Below are positions 13,071 to 25,379 of a stretch of DNA of 64,000 nt, piece by piece. The stretch spans positions 51,090,001 to 51,154,000 of the forward strand of contig NC_087436.1 in NCBI RefSeq assembly GCF_036321535.1, written 5' to 3'. The position numbers and the translations under genes are program-made. Every line of letters starts with the position of its first letter. Positions within the stretch are counted from its first letter, which is position 1. The stretch is from Camelus dromedarius. Taxonomy: Eukaryota. The notes below the pieces were generated by a model, which was given only the letters and a program-made list of their open reading frames with translations, had not been told where the DNA came from and did no database searches.

Positions 13071-14289
13071 CACTGGGTGCTTTATCAGCTGGACCTCCAA
13101 AACGAACTACAAATCAGCAGAAGCCGAGAGCCTCAGTGTTCTCCATTCTTCACTGTGTTCTTCTCTTCAGTGGTGGCTTCCTCTGCTCCTCAGACCTCAC
13201 AGCAGAAATCAGGGCTGCTGCACCACTGCTCGCCTTTGTATCTGATTGCGGAGCAGACCCTCCTTGTCTCCCCAGAGGAAGCAGTCCTGGAGGAAACAGT
13301 TCTGTCCTTCATTCTATTCCTGTGGCACGTTCCTCCTCACAGGAGGACAGCTGGTTTATATTACTGGTGGCATCAAGCAACTGCAGGTATGCACTGAGCT
13401 TTGTCAACCAGCTGTGAGGTCAAGGCTTCAGAATGCGGGCAGCACAGTCACATGCCTCTCTCGTTGTTAATTTGTGGACCTGTGTTGCCACTTGTCCTTG
13501 GTCTCCCGGGAGCAACTGGGCCAGACCAAGGATTGTCTTGGGCAGGCCCAGGTGAGTTGTGAGCCAGCTCAGGGGTGGGGCAATCGAGTGGAGCTGCTGC
13601 TCTGTGGGACCAAAGGGTTTCCTCTCAGGATAAGCCTTCATCTCAGGAGAGGCCTCAGCTGAAAATTGTGTTTCCCAGCACAAGTTACCAAAACTCTTTG
13701 TTTTGGGATTTGATTTTGCCTGACTCATACTGCTTGGGCTGTTATTATTATTTTTTTCCCTCTAATTGGATCCTTATGAACACTTCTCAGGTTCTAGAAA
13801 ACAGAGGAAAGGAGGCAGTGGTCTGCTGGGCAACTGGTTCTCTGGAGAAAAGAAGGCCAGACTGTAGGAATGGCTGATTTGATTTACCGCTGTGAGAGAA
13901 CAACTTTCTTTCGATCCATTTCCAAACTCCTGGGGAAAATTCTTAGTGGCCCAGGTTTTCTGCCAGGCTTCTGTCCTTCGTTTAATCACCTGTGACCAGG
14001 GGACCATGACTACACAGTAGAAGGAAGCATGGTGGTTGGAAGTCTCCTGTAATGGGTCCGAGTCTTGTGTGCTGGGCTAACGACCATCCAGCCCGAGTCT
14101 GTGCAGAGCAGAGCCCAAGGTAAAGGCTTGTACACATGAAGTTTATGTAGAAATATGACCCCAGAAGGCAGAAGAACAGGACCAATAGGGAAGGAGAGAA
14201 AGACAAAACGTGGATTATTATTAAATTCACCAATCTTACTCTTTCGTTAATATTGGGTAATAAAAGGGCAATTTACCCAAATAATGCAT

Positions 14290-14545
14290 AGTAAGAGATG
14301 AGCAGAGAGTTGCCACGAGATGTCATTGGAGCTTGAGAACAAATCCAGTGCAGAGACGGGTAAAGCTCAGACAGCACACTACAGTCCCGGTGACGTCACT
14401 TAAGCCCTGACTGGGATGTGCCCCTTGTCAGCTCTATGGACCGCTTTCCCTTGCAGTTTTGGTTTCGTGAACCCATTAATTTCTTTACTGCTTAAGTGAG
14501 TTTGAATCACGTTTTCTGTCACTTGCAATTCAAGAGTTCCAACTG
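14290..14545 (+). mobile_element. MLT1 LTR 3' part
   Basis: gcttaagtgagtttgaatcacgttttctgtcacttgcaattcaagagttccaac is an MLT1-type terminus. Confidence 0.65.
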
Positions 14546-14574
14546 CTATGCTTCCACAATAGCAGAGATCGCAT

Positions 14575-14725
14575 TGTATTCCGGGCGTTTATTTGTATTT
14601 TCTCAAGTAGATTGTCACCTCCTGAGGTCAGGGTCCATGCGTCTTATTCCACTTGTATCCCCAGCACTTCAGAGAGCACCTGGCGTATAGTAGAACTCCA
14701 GCACATGTTGGAGTGAAGGAATAAA
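14575..14725 (+). mobile_element. L2 3' end
   Basis: tagattgtcacctcctgaggtcaggg...ttgtatccccagcac...cctggcgtatagtag. Confidence 0.7.
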
Positions 14726-15230
14726 TCTGTAATATTTATTTGGCATGTGTAATGTTGATCTTCTCCAGTCTCATCAATGCTTTTTTATTATTTACAATAA
14801 TCTGTCTGTTAATGTGCACATAAGCATTCTGCATAGTTATAATCAATCTGTTAATCTGTCTTAAAAATATCTTTTTGTATTCTATTCTTCCTCTTTAGTA
14901 TTACTTGAAGACAAGCAATTTTATTTTTTATTTTGATTTTTTACATGTTTTGTTTTCATCCCACTTAATCTCATTCTCCTGGTTCTGTTTATGCCTCAAT
15001 GGTTACTCCTTTTCTGTCTTCTCCATCTCAAAACCTTGGGGAACTCCAGAGCTCAGTCTTTAAATGTCTTCTCTCTATCAATGCCTACTTCCTAGGGATT
15101 TCCAGGCACTGTTCACTGCCTCTACTGTTACCTCCCTGGTCTAAGTACCACAGTTTCTTGCAATAGTCTCTAAACTGCTCTTCCAGGCACGGCACCTTTA
15201 TTTTTCCTACAGAAGCAAGAGTGGTCCTTC

Positions 15231-15375
15231 TGTTACCAAACACAAGTTCATCTGCCTGACACACAGTAAAGCCAAACAAACCGGAACACCAGAGTTTGGA
15301 GCAGAGAAAGGTTTATTGCAGACCCAAGCAAGGAGGACGGGCAGCTTACGCTCGAAAAACCTGAACTCCCAAACA
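15231..15375 (-). mobile_element. ERV1 LTR fragment (R/U5 end), related to the LTR at 28887-29335
   Basis: tgttacc...agagtttggagcagagaaaggtttattgc is shared with 28887-29000; AATAAA on the minus strand. Confidence 0.8.
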
Positions 15376-15428
15376 ATTTTACTTTATATCCATCAAGATG
15401 GGCCACAGAGCTATGATTTCAAGTAGGT

Positions 15429-15633
15429 TTTTTTCTTTTTTTTCATTTCCAAAAAAATATTTATTTATTTATTTCATTTTTTAATTGAGTAATAGTTATT
15501 TTACAATGTTGTGTCAAATTCCAGTGTAGAGCACAAGTCATCAGTCATACATGAACCTGTACATATTCATTGTCACATTTTTTTCGCTGTGAGCTATCAC
15601 AAGATCTTGTATATTTTTCCCTGTGCTGTACAG
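15429..15633 (-). mobile_element. Camelid-type L1 3' end (L1 part of the U6/L1 chimera)
   Basis: aattgagtaatagttattttacaatgttgtgtcaaattccagtgtagagcac...ccctgtgctgtacag with a T-rich tail, abutting the U6 copy directly. Confidence 0.9.
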
Positions 15634-15737
15634 AAAAATATGGAACACTTCACAAATTTGTGTTTCATCCTTGCGCAGGGGCCATGCTAATCTCTGTATT
15701 GTTCCAATTTCAGTATATGTGCTGCCAAAGCAAGCAT
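15634..15737 (-). pseudogene. RNU6: U6 snRNA processed pseudogene (full length, fused to an L1 3' end)
   Basis: Reverse complement atgcttgctttggcagcacatatactgaaattggaacaatacagagattagcatggcccctgcgcaaggatgaaacacaaatttgtgaagtgttccatattttt aligns end to end with U6. It has a 3-nt deletion after ACAGAG, and 6 of 7 CpGs are mutated. Confidence 0.97.
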
Positions 15738-17454
15738 TCAAATAGGTCTGTAGTATTAAATTTCTTTTTTGTTCTTTTTAACTTTTGGCCTCCTTTACCC
15801 ATTTCTCCTGCCCCTCACGAGTGATTTCTTAAGAATATAAGTGAGTTAACCTTTTTTCATGCTGAGAAGAAAACAGATGAAAATTTACAAGTAAATCTGA
15901 CAAAATACATTCACTCAGAAAAAAAAAGGATGGTTAGATGGAAGAATTCACTTTATTTAAAATTATTCTATTAAAAGTATAGCTCCTTAGACCATTTTTT
16001 TCCTTTTTAACTATAACAGAGCTAGAAGGTTAATAAAAGGTCTTGTTATAATGGATTGATTGAAACTGTAACTAGTATAATGGGAAGCCTTTTTCTGCTT
16101 TCTTATTTGTAAGGGCAAAATGTCTATTTAAAATGAAGATATGGTGAAGGGAAAATGTGATGTTGATAGTATTTTATTTTGCTTAGTCCTAAAAGAGAGT
16201 TACCATGAGCAATTATGATCCTATTCATTAGAAACTCACAAAAGAAAAGTTTATTTCATAACCTACTAAATTCCCTTATGTTGACTGTATTCTTTTTTTG
16301 TCAATTTAAAAGCTTTCTGAATGAGAATCTATAAAGTGGGAAATTCAAGAAGCCCACAATTTTATCTAACCATTCATTCTCTCTGCATTTCTTGCACATG
16401 GCTTGTTGAATGAGAATTTAAAACAATCTTTATATGAAATCTTAAAACTCTGTATGATTTTCCAAATCGAACTGTGAAGCCATTATCTGGGATTTTCTCT
16501 ATATAATTGTTACTGTTGGCAGAAACTCATGGAAGTATCACGTGTTATTCAAATATCATTCTCTACAACCCAGCATCTAGAAAAATAAGGCAGATAAACA
16601 AAAAGGAGGATATATCTTAATGATGATATTTTGGGATCACAATACATTTTGGAGCAAGCTACAAACTCCTTCCCTTCAGAATCCAAATCTCAGTATTTTC
16701 CTTGAGCCAAACCATTAGCAGCTAATAAATTTTAATCCCTAAATAAACCTTCCCCCTTAGACTAATGGCAAGAATTTTTTTTTTTAAGTTTCTTTTTCAA
16801 TCAAAATTCCAGACTGGATCAAAAGGGAAGGAAAAAAATTCTTCTTGCCTTTCAGTAAGATTCAAAAATCAGAAGCAAATGAAGTCTGTTAAAAAGAGCA
16901 CTTTCTAACTCCTTCTTCCCAGACAAGGGATCAACGTGTCAGCACTGGCCTCCTCCCCCTTGACAAGGCCCAGCTCTTCCTGGTGTGTGAGTGGCGGGGT
17001 TGGTGTAAGTGCACAGTCTACTCTGAGGGCTGAGCAAATGATTCACAGCTGTATCCCAGACATCTGCAGACTTGGAATGAGTAAATCATGACTCTGCATT
17101 TCTCTATTGCTTGTCTTTGTTTGTAAATGTTCACTCAATATTTTCCCTTCCATGAGCCTTTCGAATATAGCTTAGTATTGATTAATTCTCCTTAAAGTCA
17201 TTTATGTTAATTGGAGACATTATTAAAATCTAAAAAAAAAATCCAATGCTATGATTCTTCAATGTGAATTTGAGTTTAGAATAAATTAATGAATCTCTCT
17301 GGTAAAAATATTTTACCTCCCAGATCATATGTTCTATATGTAATTATTTTCATGATTTCATGATAATTCTTTGTGAAATTTTTAAAGCTTTAAAATCTTT
17401 CTTGTCCAAATATAAATAGCAAAGTATATTTTGAATTTAAAATAAATGACATAT

Positions 17455-17748
17455 AAAACAAATCAGTGAATATGACAAAATAGAAACAAACTCACAGATA
17501 TAGAGAACAGCTAGTGGTTACCAGTGGGGAGAGGGTGGGGGGAAGGGCAAGATAGGGGTAGGGGATTAAGAGGTACAAACTACGATGTATGAAATAAGTA
17601 AGATACAACGATGTAATGTACAGCACAGGGAATACAGTCAATATTTTATAATCCCTTTAAATGGAGTATAATCTGTAAAAATATTGAATCATTATGTTGT
17701 ATACCAAAACTAATATATTATAAATCAACTATACTTCAATAAAAAAAT
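17455..17748 (+). mobile_element. L1 3' end (L1MA9/artiodactyl-like) with TSD
   Basis: tagtggttaccagtggggagagg...gtacagcacaggga...tcaactatacttcaataaaaaa. TSD aaataaatga(c/t)atat at 17440-17454 and 17749-17763, at a TTT/AAAA endonuclease site. Confidence 0.92.
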
Positions 17749-17935
17749 AAATAAATGATATATTGATAACTCTTTGAACTATTTTACCATTTTTTCAAAT
17801 TGCTAATAAAGTTTATTTGTACTAAAATGTCCTTTCTGTAATTAACAAGGTTTTGTTATAGAATTATGTAGGTATCTAGTCAGACTGTGAAAAGGCAAGT
17901 TTAAAATCTAAAATCCTCTCTTGATTATTATGAAA

Positions 17936-18038
17936 TCTCCTTCTTTCTTCCTTCCTTCCATCCTTCTTTCCTTTCTACCCTCCCACCCCTCTCCCTCCCC
18001 TGCTCCTCTGTCTGTCTGTCTTTTTCTTTTTTTTTTTT
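17936..18038. repeat. CT-rich low-complexity tract
   Basis: (CTTC)n, (TCTG)n and poly-T runs. Confidence 0.75.
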
Positions 18039-20754
18039 AAAGATGATCTCAGTCTGGAATAAACATTCTTGCGAAATTGGCCAAGATTTTTGCCAAGCAT
18101 AGTGTGTACACATCAGCTGTTTTCTGGAAAATAATTGCACCATGTGAGAGTGTCTATTATTTTTAATTAGTACTGAGGAACGCCTCCAAGATATTTCATC
18201 AGGTCAGTCTTTCTCACACAGGCAATGGCTTTTTATTTCCTGAAATGCTGATTAAGCAGATGGATGACATTTGACAATTTTGTACAAGTGAACAAAATAA
18301 TTGTTACAATGAATGAAGCCAGAACTCACAGAAGTAATAAACTATACCCCAAGTATACAAGAGGCGTTAGAACCTGCATCCTGAGCAGAACAGGCAATGT
18401 TTAGGGTGCAGTGTTCAAATTACCCAAACGAAATAGTAACCAAACTGGGTTTGGGGGAAGGCCACTCACTGGAAGGCCTGGCAGGCCTGGAGCGAGTAGA
18501 CTGCTTTGTCAGAAGCTTCTAAAGCTTAGCCAGCCGTCTGGGGGCTGTTGCATTTCCAGGATACTTGCCTGTGCTTCTGTGTTAAATGCAGGAAGTACTG
18601 ATCTCAACATCCGGAGAAAGAGCACTTTGTGAAACTGTATTGAGAACACACCTCCAGAAATCCACAAACCTGAAAAAACAGGTTCTGATAGTGCTGGAGA
18701 GGGGAACGGCACAGTGCGATTTTGTAATATCACAAAGCACACTTGTATCCTGGTTTTGTGTGTCTTCTCCGTGGCTGAAGGTGCTTAGTCAGCTTTACTG
18801 TGAGGCTCTGCGGAAGCTGGCAGGCCACACCCTGTGGGTGGACACGGTCTCTCAAAGAGGTGGTGATGCCTGATGTCGGTCCCTCTGGGTAGAGGAGGTT
18901 TTCAGATGGCAACTGGGCAGATACCTTTTGGAAGAAAGAGGAACCTCCTAGGAGACACTGGCCTGTGCTTGTGGGGGGCAGATTCTGAGGCGGGGTGTAG
19001 GCACTTCGACGCTGGAACCTACGTCCAGACAGGCTCCAGAAGCGCTCATCATGGTCTGCAAGCTCTATCCTCTGTGTAAGGGACGCCTTTCTCTGCCTCC
19101 ACGCGGTACTGAAAAACGCTGCGTTTTTTCGCTTTGTCTGGTTCTCCTGCCTTTCCTCAGCGCAGACAGTAAGTTCAGTATTAATGAACCGTCAGCTCAC
19201 ACCTTGCATTGCAGAGGGTCCCTGGGCCTTATCTGGTCCAGGAAATCCAGGGAAGGCTGCAGTTTTGATCTGTGTTGTCATGACCCTTTCTCATTGCCTG
19301 GGCTGGTCCTACAGTGCATTCAAGTGGGGGGGCTTTGCCTGTGATTTCCTCTCTTGTGCTAAACTCAGCAACAGGGACGTCTGTTGAGGCTTCCAAGGCC
19401 CAGGACTGGGGCCCAGGTTCCCTCCCTGTGCTGAATATGAGGCTCTTGGGGGCGGTGTCTGGGTGGGTTTTGGTCTCCATCTGGGCGGGGACCTGTGGGA
19501 ACATGCAGCCTGGTCCTCCCTCTTGCTCCTGGGGGAGTCACCTAACAGGGCTCAAACATCGATCTTTCTACCCAAATTGGCCAGTGTCCTTTTTTTGGTC
19601 ATTTTAGCCTTATTATCTGATATACCTTCCAAATAATGGCTTGACCTTCTGGGCAGGGGAGGCGAGAGGAGGTTTATTACTGGGGCTCGCATCTATTTTT
19701 TTAGTTCCAAAACACAGAAGGGTCAGGTCCTTCACCCTCCAATGCTGTCTCCAAGGGAATCCATTAGGATTTCTTTGGGCTCCCAGGATTTCCAAGGTCT
19801 GGCCTTTTCTTCTGGGGAATTAGAATAAGAGTGGGGAAGGGATATGGCTTAATTTTCTCCTGTTGACTAAAACCAAGGGATTAGCTAAATATTTTCACCT
19901 ACTCACCCTGATGGAGCTAAGTGTAATTTTGTTTCCATCAAGATCCCTATAGTTAATCCTTTTATTTAGTCAACTCTTGTTTAATATGTTAGCCCTGTTG
20001 CAGTTTTTCTTGTTGGTATTAAAGGAAGGCTCTGTGTCCAAAAATGGGCCAGGAGGTTAAAGGTGAGCGGGCATTCCTTTTTTCCACATCTTAAATCAAC
20101 CTAGAAGTTGTCAAAAGTAAGAAGCCTAAGGAGAAATTAATCCATCAAGAAGAGAAGGGGTTTTACACCCCTGCCAACCTTTTTCTGTGTGTGTATGTCA
20201 TGATCCTTTGATAGGTTAGGAAGATCTGGATTTTATGCATATCGAGAAGAAAAATTTCTATATAAAAAGCCGAGGCTCTGTCGGATTCCTATACATTATG
20301 TGGCACTATTGTTTGCAATTAGGGAAACCTAAACCGTGCACCTTGCAATTGTGTTCCAAGGTGGCACAGTGTTTTTCTGATTTGCGGGAGTAACTAGGAA
20401 AAATCTTAGCCTCAGAAGCAGGACAGAAGAGAAGTGAAATGATATTTAGAAAGTCCCATACCCCCCCCACCCCATTTCCTTTTTTTCTTGTCAAGACAGT
20501 AAATTAATGAACTTAAGCTAATTGTATACATTTCTCATTGGTTTTTCTGCCTCTAAGTTTTGACTTAGCAAAGGTTTGTTAATTAGTGACTAGACATAAT
20601 AAAGATTTTTTTCGTGTGCTAATCATAAATAGAAGCAGAGAGAAAGCTGGTGAGATTCTGCTGACTAGGCTGGGCATATTAACACAGGAAACTAGCAGTT
20701 ATTTGAATATTTTGCTCTTTTTGAGATGAAAGGTTGATTAAAAGTATAAGAATG

Positions 20755-21655
20755 TATATAGAAATTAACTAGATAAAGGCTTTAAAGCAGTCATAAATAT
20801 GTCTAAAGAACTAAGAAAACTATACAGAGAAAATGTCTCATAAATAATGAATATCACTAAAGACATGAAAATTCTTTTAAAAGAAACAAAAAATTCTGGA
20901 GTTGAAAACTACAATAACTGAAATGATTTGAGCTGCCAGAAGGAAAGAATTGGCAAACGTGGAGATAGGTCATGTGAGATCCAGTCAGGAACAGAGAGAG
21001 AAAAGGATGAAGAAGCTTTGTTGAGGAAGTAGGGAAATCAGAAACTGGACTGTACAATGATATAGCTACTTGGAAAAGTTTGGCAGCTCCTTGAAATGTT
21101 AAGCATGGCTTTACTCCTTGACTTGGCAACTCTACTCCTAGTATAAACCCAAGAGAAATGAGAGCACATGCCCGCACAACAACTGTTCCATGGATGTTCC
21201 CAGCAGCACTATTCACGATGATACAAAGGAAGATGCAGCCTGAATGTCCATCAGCTGGGGAGTGGACCAAGTGGTCTATCCACACAACAGAATGTTGTTT
21301 GACAATAAAAATGAAGTGCTAATACATGCTGTATCGTGGATGAACTTTGAAAACATTATGCTAAGTTAAAGAAGCCAATTACAAAAGAAATCAATCGTAC
21401 AACTCCGTTTATATGAAACTCCCAGAATAGGGAAATACATATGGAAGGTAGATTCGTGGTTGCCAGGCATTAGGGAGAGAGGGAGTGAGGACTGACTGCA
21501 GATGGGTACGAGGTTTCTTTTTGCGCTGGTCCATATACTCGGGAATTAGATGGTGTGTGGGGGGCTCCACATCTCTGTGAATATACTAAAAACACCGAAT
21601 TATACACTTGAAAGGGAGAATTATATGCTTTGTGAATTTATCTCAAAGAATTGTA
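20755..21655 (+). mobile_element. Old L1 (L1MB-like): ORF1 fragment joined to ORF2 end/3' UTR
   Basis: 20770-21015 resembles L1 ORF1 (aaattctggagttgaaaactacaataactgaaatga). 21030-21650 is an L1MB-type 3' region (tggatgaactttgaaaacattatgctaagt...tgtgaatttatctcaa). Confidence 0.8.
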
Positions 21656-23199
21656 CTTTAAATTGTATAAGAAATGGTCATTTTTAATGTGATCAAGCTA
21701 TGTTGCAGAGAATATTGTTAAAAAAAAAAAACCCTGAAGTATATTTTATTTCTTTTGAAGTAGGTTATAGGTATTCTAATTTTTAAAAAATAGATGAATA
21801 ATTACCCTTGAATGTGAGTAAAACATTTCTAACAACTCAAAGTTCTCAAAGCCTCTTTAAAAGGAAATCTACTGCCACCTAGTGTCTAACTCCTAGAATA
21901 ACCTAATTCTGTGCTTGGAAATATTGTAAAACTTATAGAACCACTTGGTGGCACTGTGGACAAGGACATTAAAAGGTACAACTTCCAATTTATGGACCAG
22001 TTGTTTTCTGTTCATAAGAATTTGTTAAATGTGGCAAATACATTGCCCTTTTTGGGGGGGGGGATTAACAGTGTTACATTTTCCAAGAAGATCTGGCATA
22101 TTTTTGAACTGCTGTTTCAACTTTCAAAAGTCATGAGAAACCTGAACATTTTCAGATTTAATTTTTGATTTTCAAAGATTTAAGGCTTTAAATAATTCAG
22201 ATTAGATTTTCTTTTCCCCTCCGTTCTCCACTTTAGCCACATAACTGTAATCCAAACCAATTTCAATACATGGAGCGAGGTTTAACATTTGCTCTAACAT
22301 TAAGTGAAATTATGCACAACGTGTTTCCACATAATTCAAAAGAAGGAAGAAAAGCAACTCAGATGAAACTATGTGATGATAACAAGGGCTCTGTGTATTT
22401 AGAAAATGTGGTGGTGGGTGTGGGGATAACTTCTGTTTTAAGCATTAAATCTGGTGGAAACACTTCACCTCCTGACAAGAACATCTGCCTGAGATGATGA
22501 TTCATTATAAAGTGACACACAGCGTGGGTCTAGAAAAATCGAGAATATTACTACGAAAAATTTAGTAATTTATTATGTGAGCATACTTCTGCTCTTGTTT
22601 TGTTTTTGATGCCATCAAATTTAGTGTAGTCATAGCAATGGGAAATGACATTCATTCCACTTCCTCTAATAGGCAGATTCTGGAAGAGATTGCTCTAATA
22701 AGCTGACTTTATGGTTATGCAAGGAAGAGAAAGATAAAACAAATCAATATTTGAAAACATAACGCCTGGCGAACATAAACATCATGCCCTAAACACATAA
22801 AAACATCAAATAAAATTTTGGTTCTTAGTATCACATAATATCTATGTATGTATGTATATATGTATCAATCCATCATACAGAACATATACATCCATAATGT
22901 CTACTGTAGCTTTTACAATTTTCTAAGTCTAATATATAATTGGTTAAGGTATTATACTTACAATGATTCCGTCTACATACTGTTGCTAGTGAAATGGGAA
23001 GACTAATTGCCAAAACACTACTTTGGTATATTCTGGTAATAATGATTATTAAGATTTTTAAGTCTAATGAGGAATGAGTTCTCACAGCTTATTAAAGAGC
23101 AAAAGAATTTTACTTGTTTGATTAGATTTCTTTATCATCCCTTTTGGTCTCTATTACAAATCACCATCATTCTTAACATTTAATTTATAATGTTCCCCA

Positions 23200-24610
23200 A
23201 GCCTTGTCTATTATGTAACTGAGAAAGTGGTGATTATCTGTTGATTGTCAGCCCTACCCCATACTTACTAATTCATAAGCATTTCCCTCCCTCCTTTCTT
23301 CATACTCCGAAGGACAATGTACTCCTCTTCCTGCTCAAAGCTAAACCCTCTCCTGGGGCCCATGGCCTCTTCCTCCCTCCCCATCTCCATGGGTGAATGT
23401 TACTCCACCAGTCATTCCCATGCTATTCCCATCTTCTACCTTAATCCTTTTTTGGCTCCGGTACTGGGTCCAGAGACCCAGAGATTTTTCTCATCCTTCA
23501 AAAACAGACAAACAAAATACCCCAAAACACAACAATTAAAAAAATTCTTATGACCAAAAACCAAAACAGTCACTAACAAAAAATCCACCTTTTTGACCTG
23601 AAATTTCCCTTTGCCTCGCATTCTGTCTTTTCCCTTCCTTTTTTGTCAAGGAGTGATCTCTTTTTTCACCCTCTTTTTACTCAACTTACTACCTTCTAGT
23701 TTCCTCTCCCACCACTAGACTGACACAATTTGTGAAATTTGCCAATGATCATTTTAGCCCTTACTGGACCTATTTGCCAAATTTGATAAGATTTTTCAAA
23801 GCTTCCTTCTTGAAACTGTCCCATGTTCTCTTTGTAGCCTTCTTTTAATCCCTTCCTGGTCTTCTGTTAGTCTGCTCATCTCTTAAATGTTGATTTTCCT
23901 TTGTTTGATTCTCAAATTTTCCCTCTTCTGACTCTGCATCAAGAATTTTTAAGCCTGAGGTTCTTTCAGGGTCCACAGACCTCCTGAAATGGTATGCAGA
24001 ATTTTGAGTGTTTGGTATACATAACTTTTTAGTGAGAAGACCTTCTCAAAGGCATTCATGTCTTTCAGGTTAATAACCACCATTCTACATGGTCTTCCAA
24101 GGTCATCTTAGCAATTAATTTAGTTTTTAAACAACTAACATATATCAGGTGCCAACTAAGAAAAATATAATAATTTTCTTAAGTAACTTTCAGAACAACT
24201 GTATAAAGTAGGTATGATAATCTCCACTTTACAGATGAGAAAACTGAGACATAGAGAGATTAAGTGACTTGGCTAAGGAAACACAGTTAGTAGGCAGCTG
24301 TCATAGATTTAACTCCCATTTATTTGCTGATGATTCTCAAACTCATGTCTCCAGCCTTTATCTCCCAAGCTTCAGGTAACTCAGATGATCCCTGGGCTGT
24401 CCAGCTCAACATTTCTGACATGAATTATTACCTTCCCTCCCCAAACTATTTCTCCTGTGTTCTCCACTCAGGGGCCATGTTACAGGAGTCATCTTCGTAC
24501 TTTCCTTTGGTCTCCTACATTGGACTGATCTTCAGTCCTACTGAATTTAAACTCACATTACTGCTTCTTCAGTTCAGGTCCTGATCACCTTTCACCCAGC
24601 TACAAACTCT
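23200..24610 (+). mobile_element. Degenerate L2 with nested hAT MITE (about 23935-24080) and MIR (about 24130-24310, minus)
   Basis: Pyrimidine-rich L2 ORF2-like sequence; MIR core tttacagatgagaaaactgagacatagagagattaagtgacttggctaagg. Confidence 0.6.
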
Positions 24611-25379
24611 GTCCTGTTTCATCCTTTCCCAGGTCTTTCAGGGAAGCGAGTGACAACCGGTCTGACTACTTCTTGCTAAAATGGGGCATAGTCTTACCTC
24701 CTTGATTTGGGGAATGGACAGTGATTTGGAAATGTTTTCTGAGTTCCAAATTCTGGATCTGACCTTTGCATGATTGAGATTTCATTCCCCGAAGAAATTC
24801 AGGAAAATAAACCTGGAAAACCAGTCTGGACCTGGCACTTTGGGGGAAGACTTGTAGCCAGGTAGCCAGTTGAATACTTTTATCTCAGTAAGTTTTAACT
24901 TTTCATGTGGTATTAACATATATATGTAGAAGAGCTATTGGCCACTACACATATATACTTTTCTCTGCTAACATCTGATCTGAAGCAATTTTACTGTCTA
25001 AAAATGTGTTACAAGAGGAGGCTGTGAGATCATAAGGTTATAGCTGCCATCTGCCAGCAGACACTGCTTTGAGAATGGCTGGTGGTGTCTCCAGTATGAC
25101 ACAGCTCAGAAAATCGAGTTCTCAACAATACAGGAACATGTTTAAAATCATGTCCACAGTAGCCACCTAGTTTTACCTTGGATGTCTGAACCACAGATAC
25201 TCCATTTTGACTTTCAAATGTGTTCCCCTCTTCAAGGTCAAAGCAGATGTACAATGCATGTGCAAAAGGCCATAAAGCAGGCTGCTTTTGTCAGTAAAGT
25301 CAAACCATGTATAAGCCAGAATGACTTCCCCAAACCTCAATATGTGCAGGTTTTCCCATCATTTCCCCTTTTGATTGCA

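Noticed and set aside
13420..13728. 102-aa minus-strand ORF or possible processed pseudogene
   Set aside because: No recognisable homology, poly-A or TSD; needs BLASTX.
15634..15737. Functional U6 gene
   Set aside because: It has a deletion next to the ACAGAGA box, CpG decay, an L1 fusion and a TSD, and no evident PSE/TATA promoter.
15541..15741. 66-aa ORF MNACFGSTYTEIGTIQRLAWPLRKD
   Set aside because: It is a spurious translation of the U6 pseudogene plus L1.
19111..19130. Hairpin plus T-run resembling an intrinsic terminator
   Set aside because: This is mammalian DNA and the loop is 1 nt; there is no prokaryotic context.
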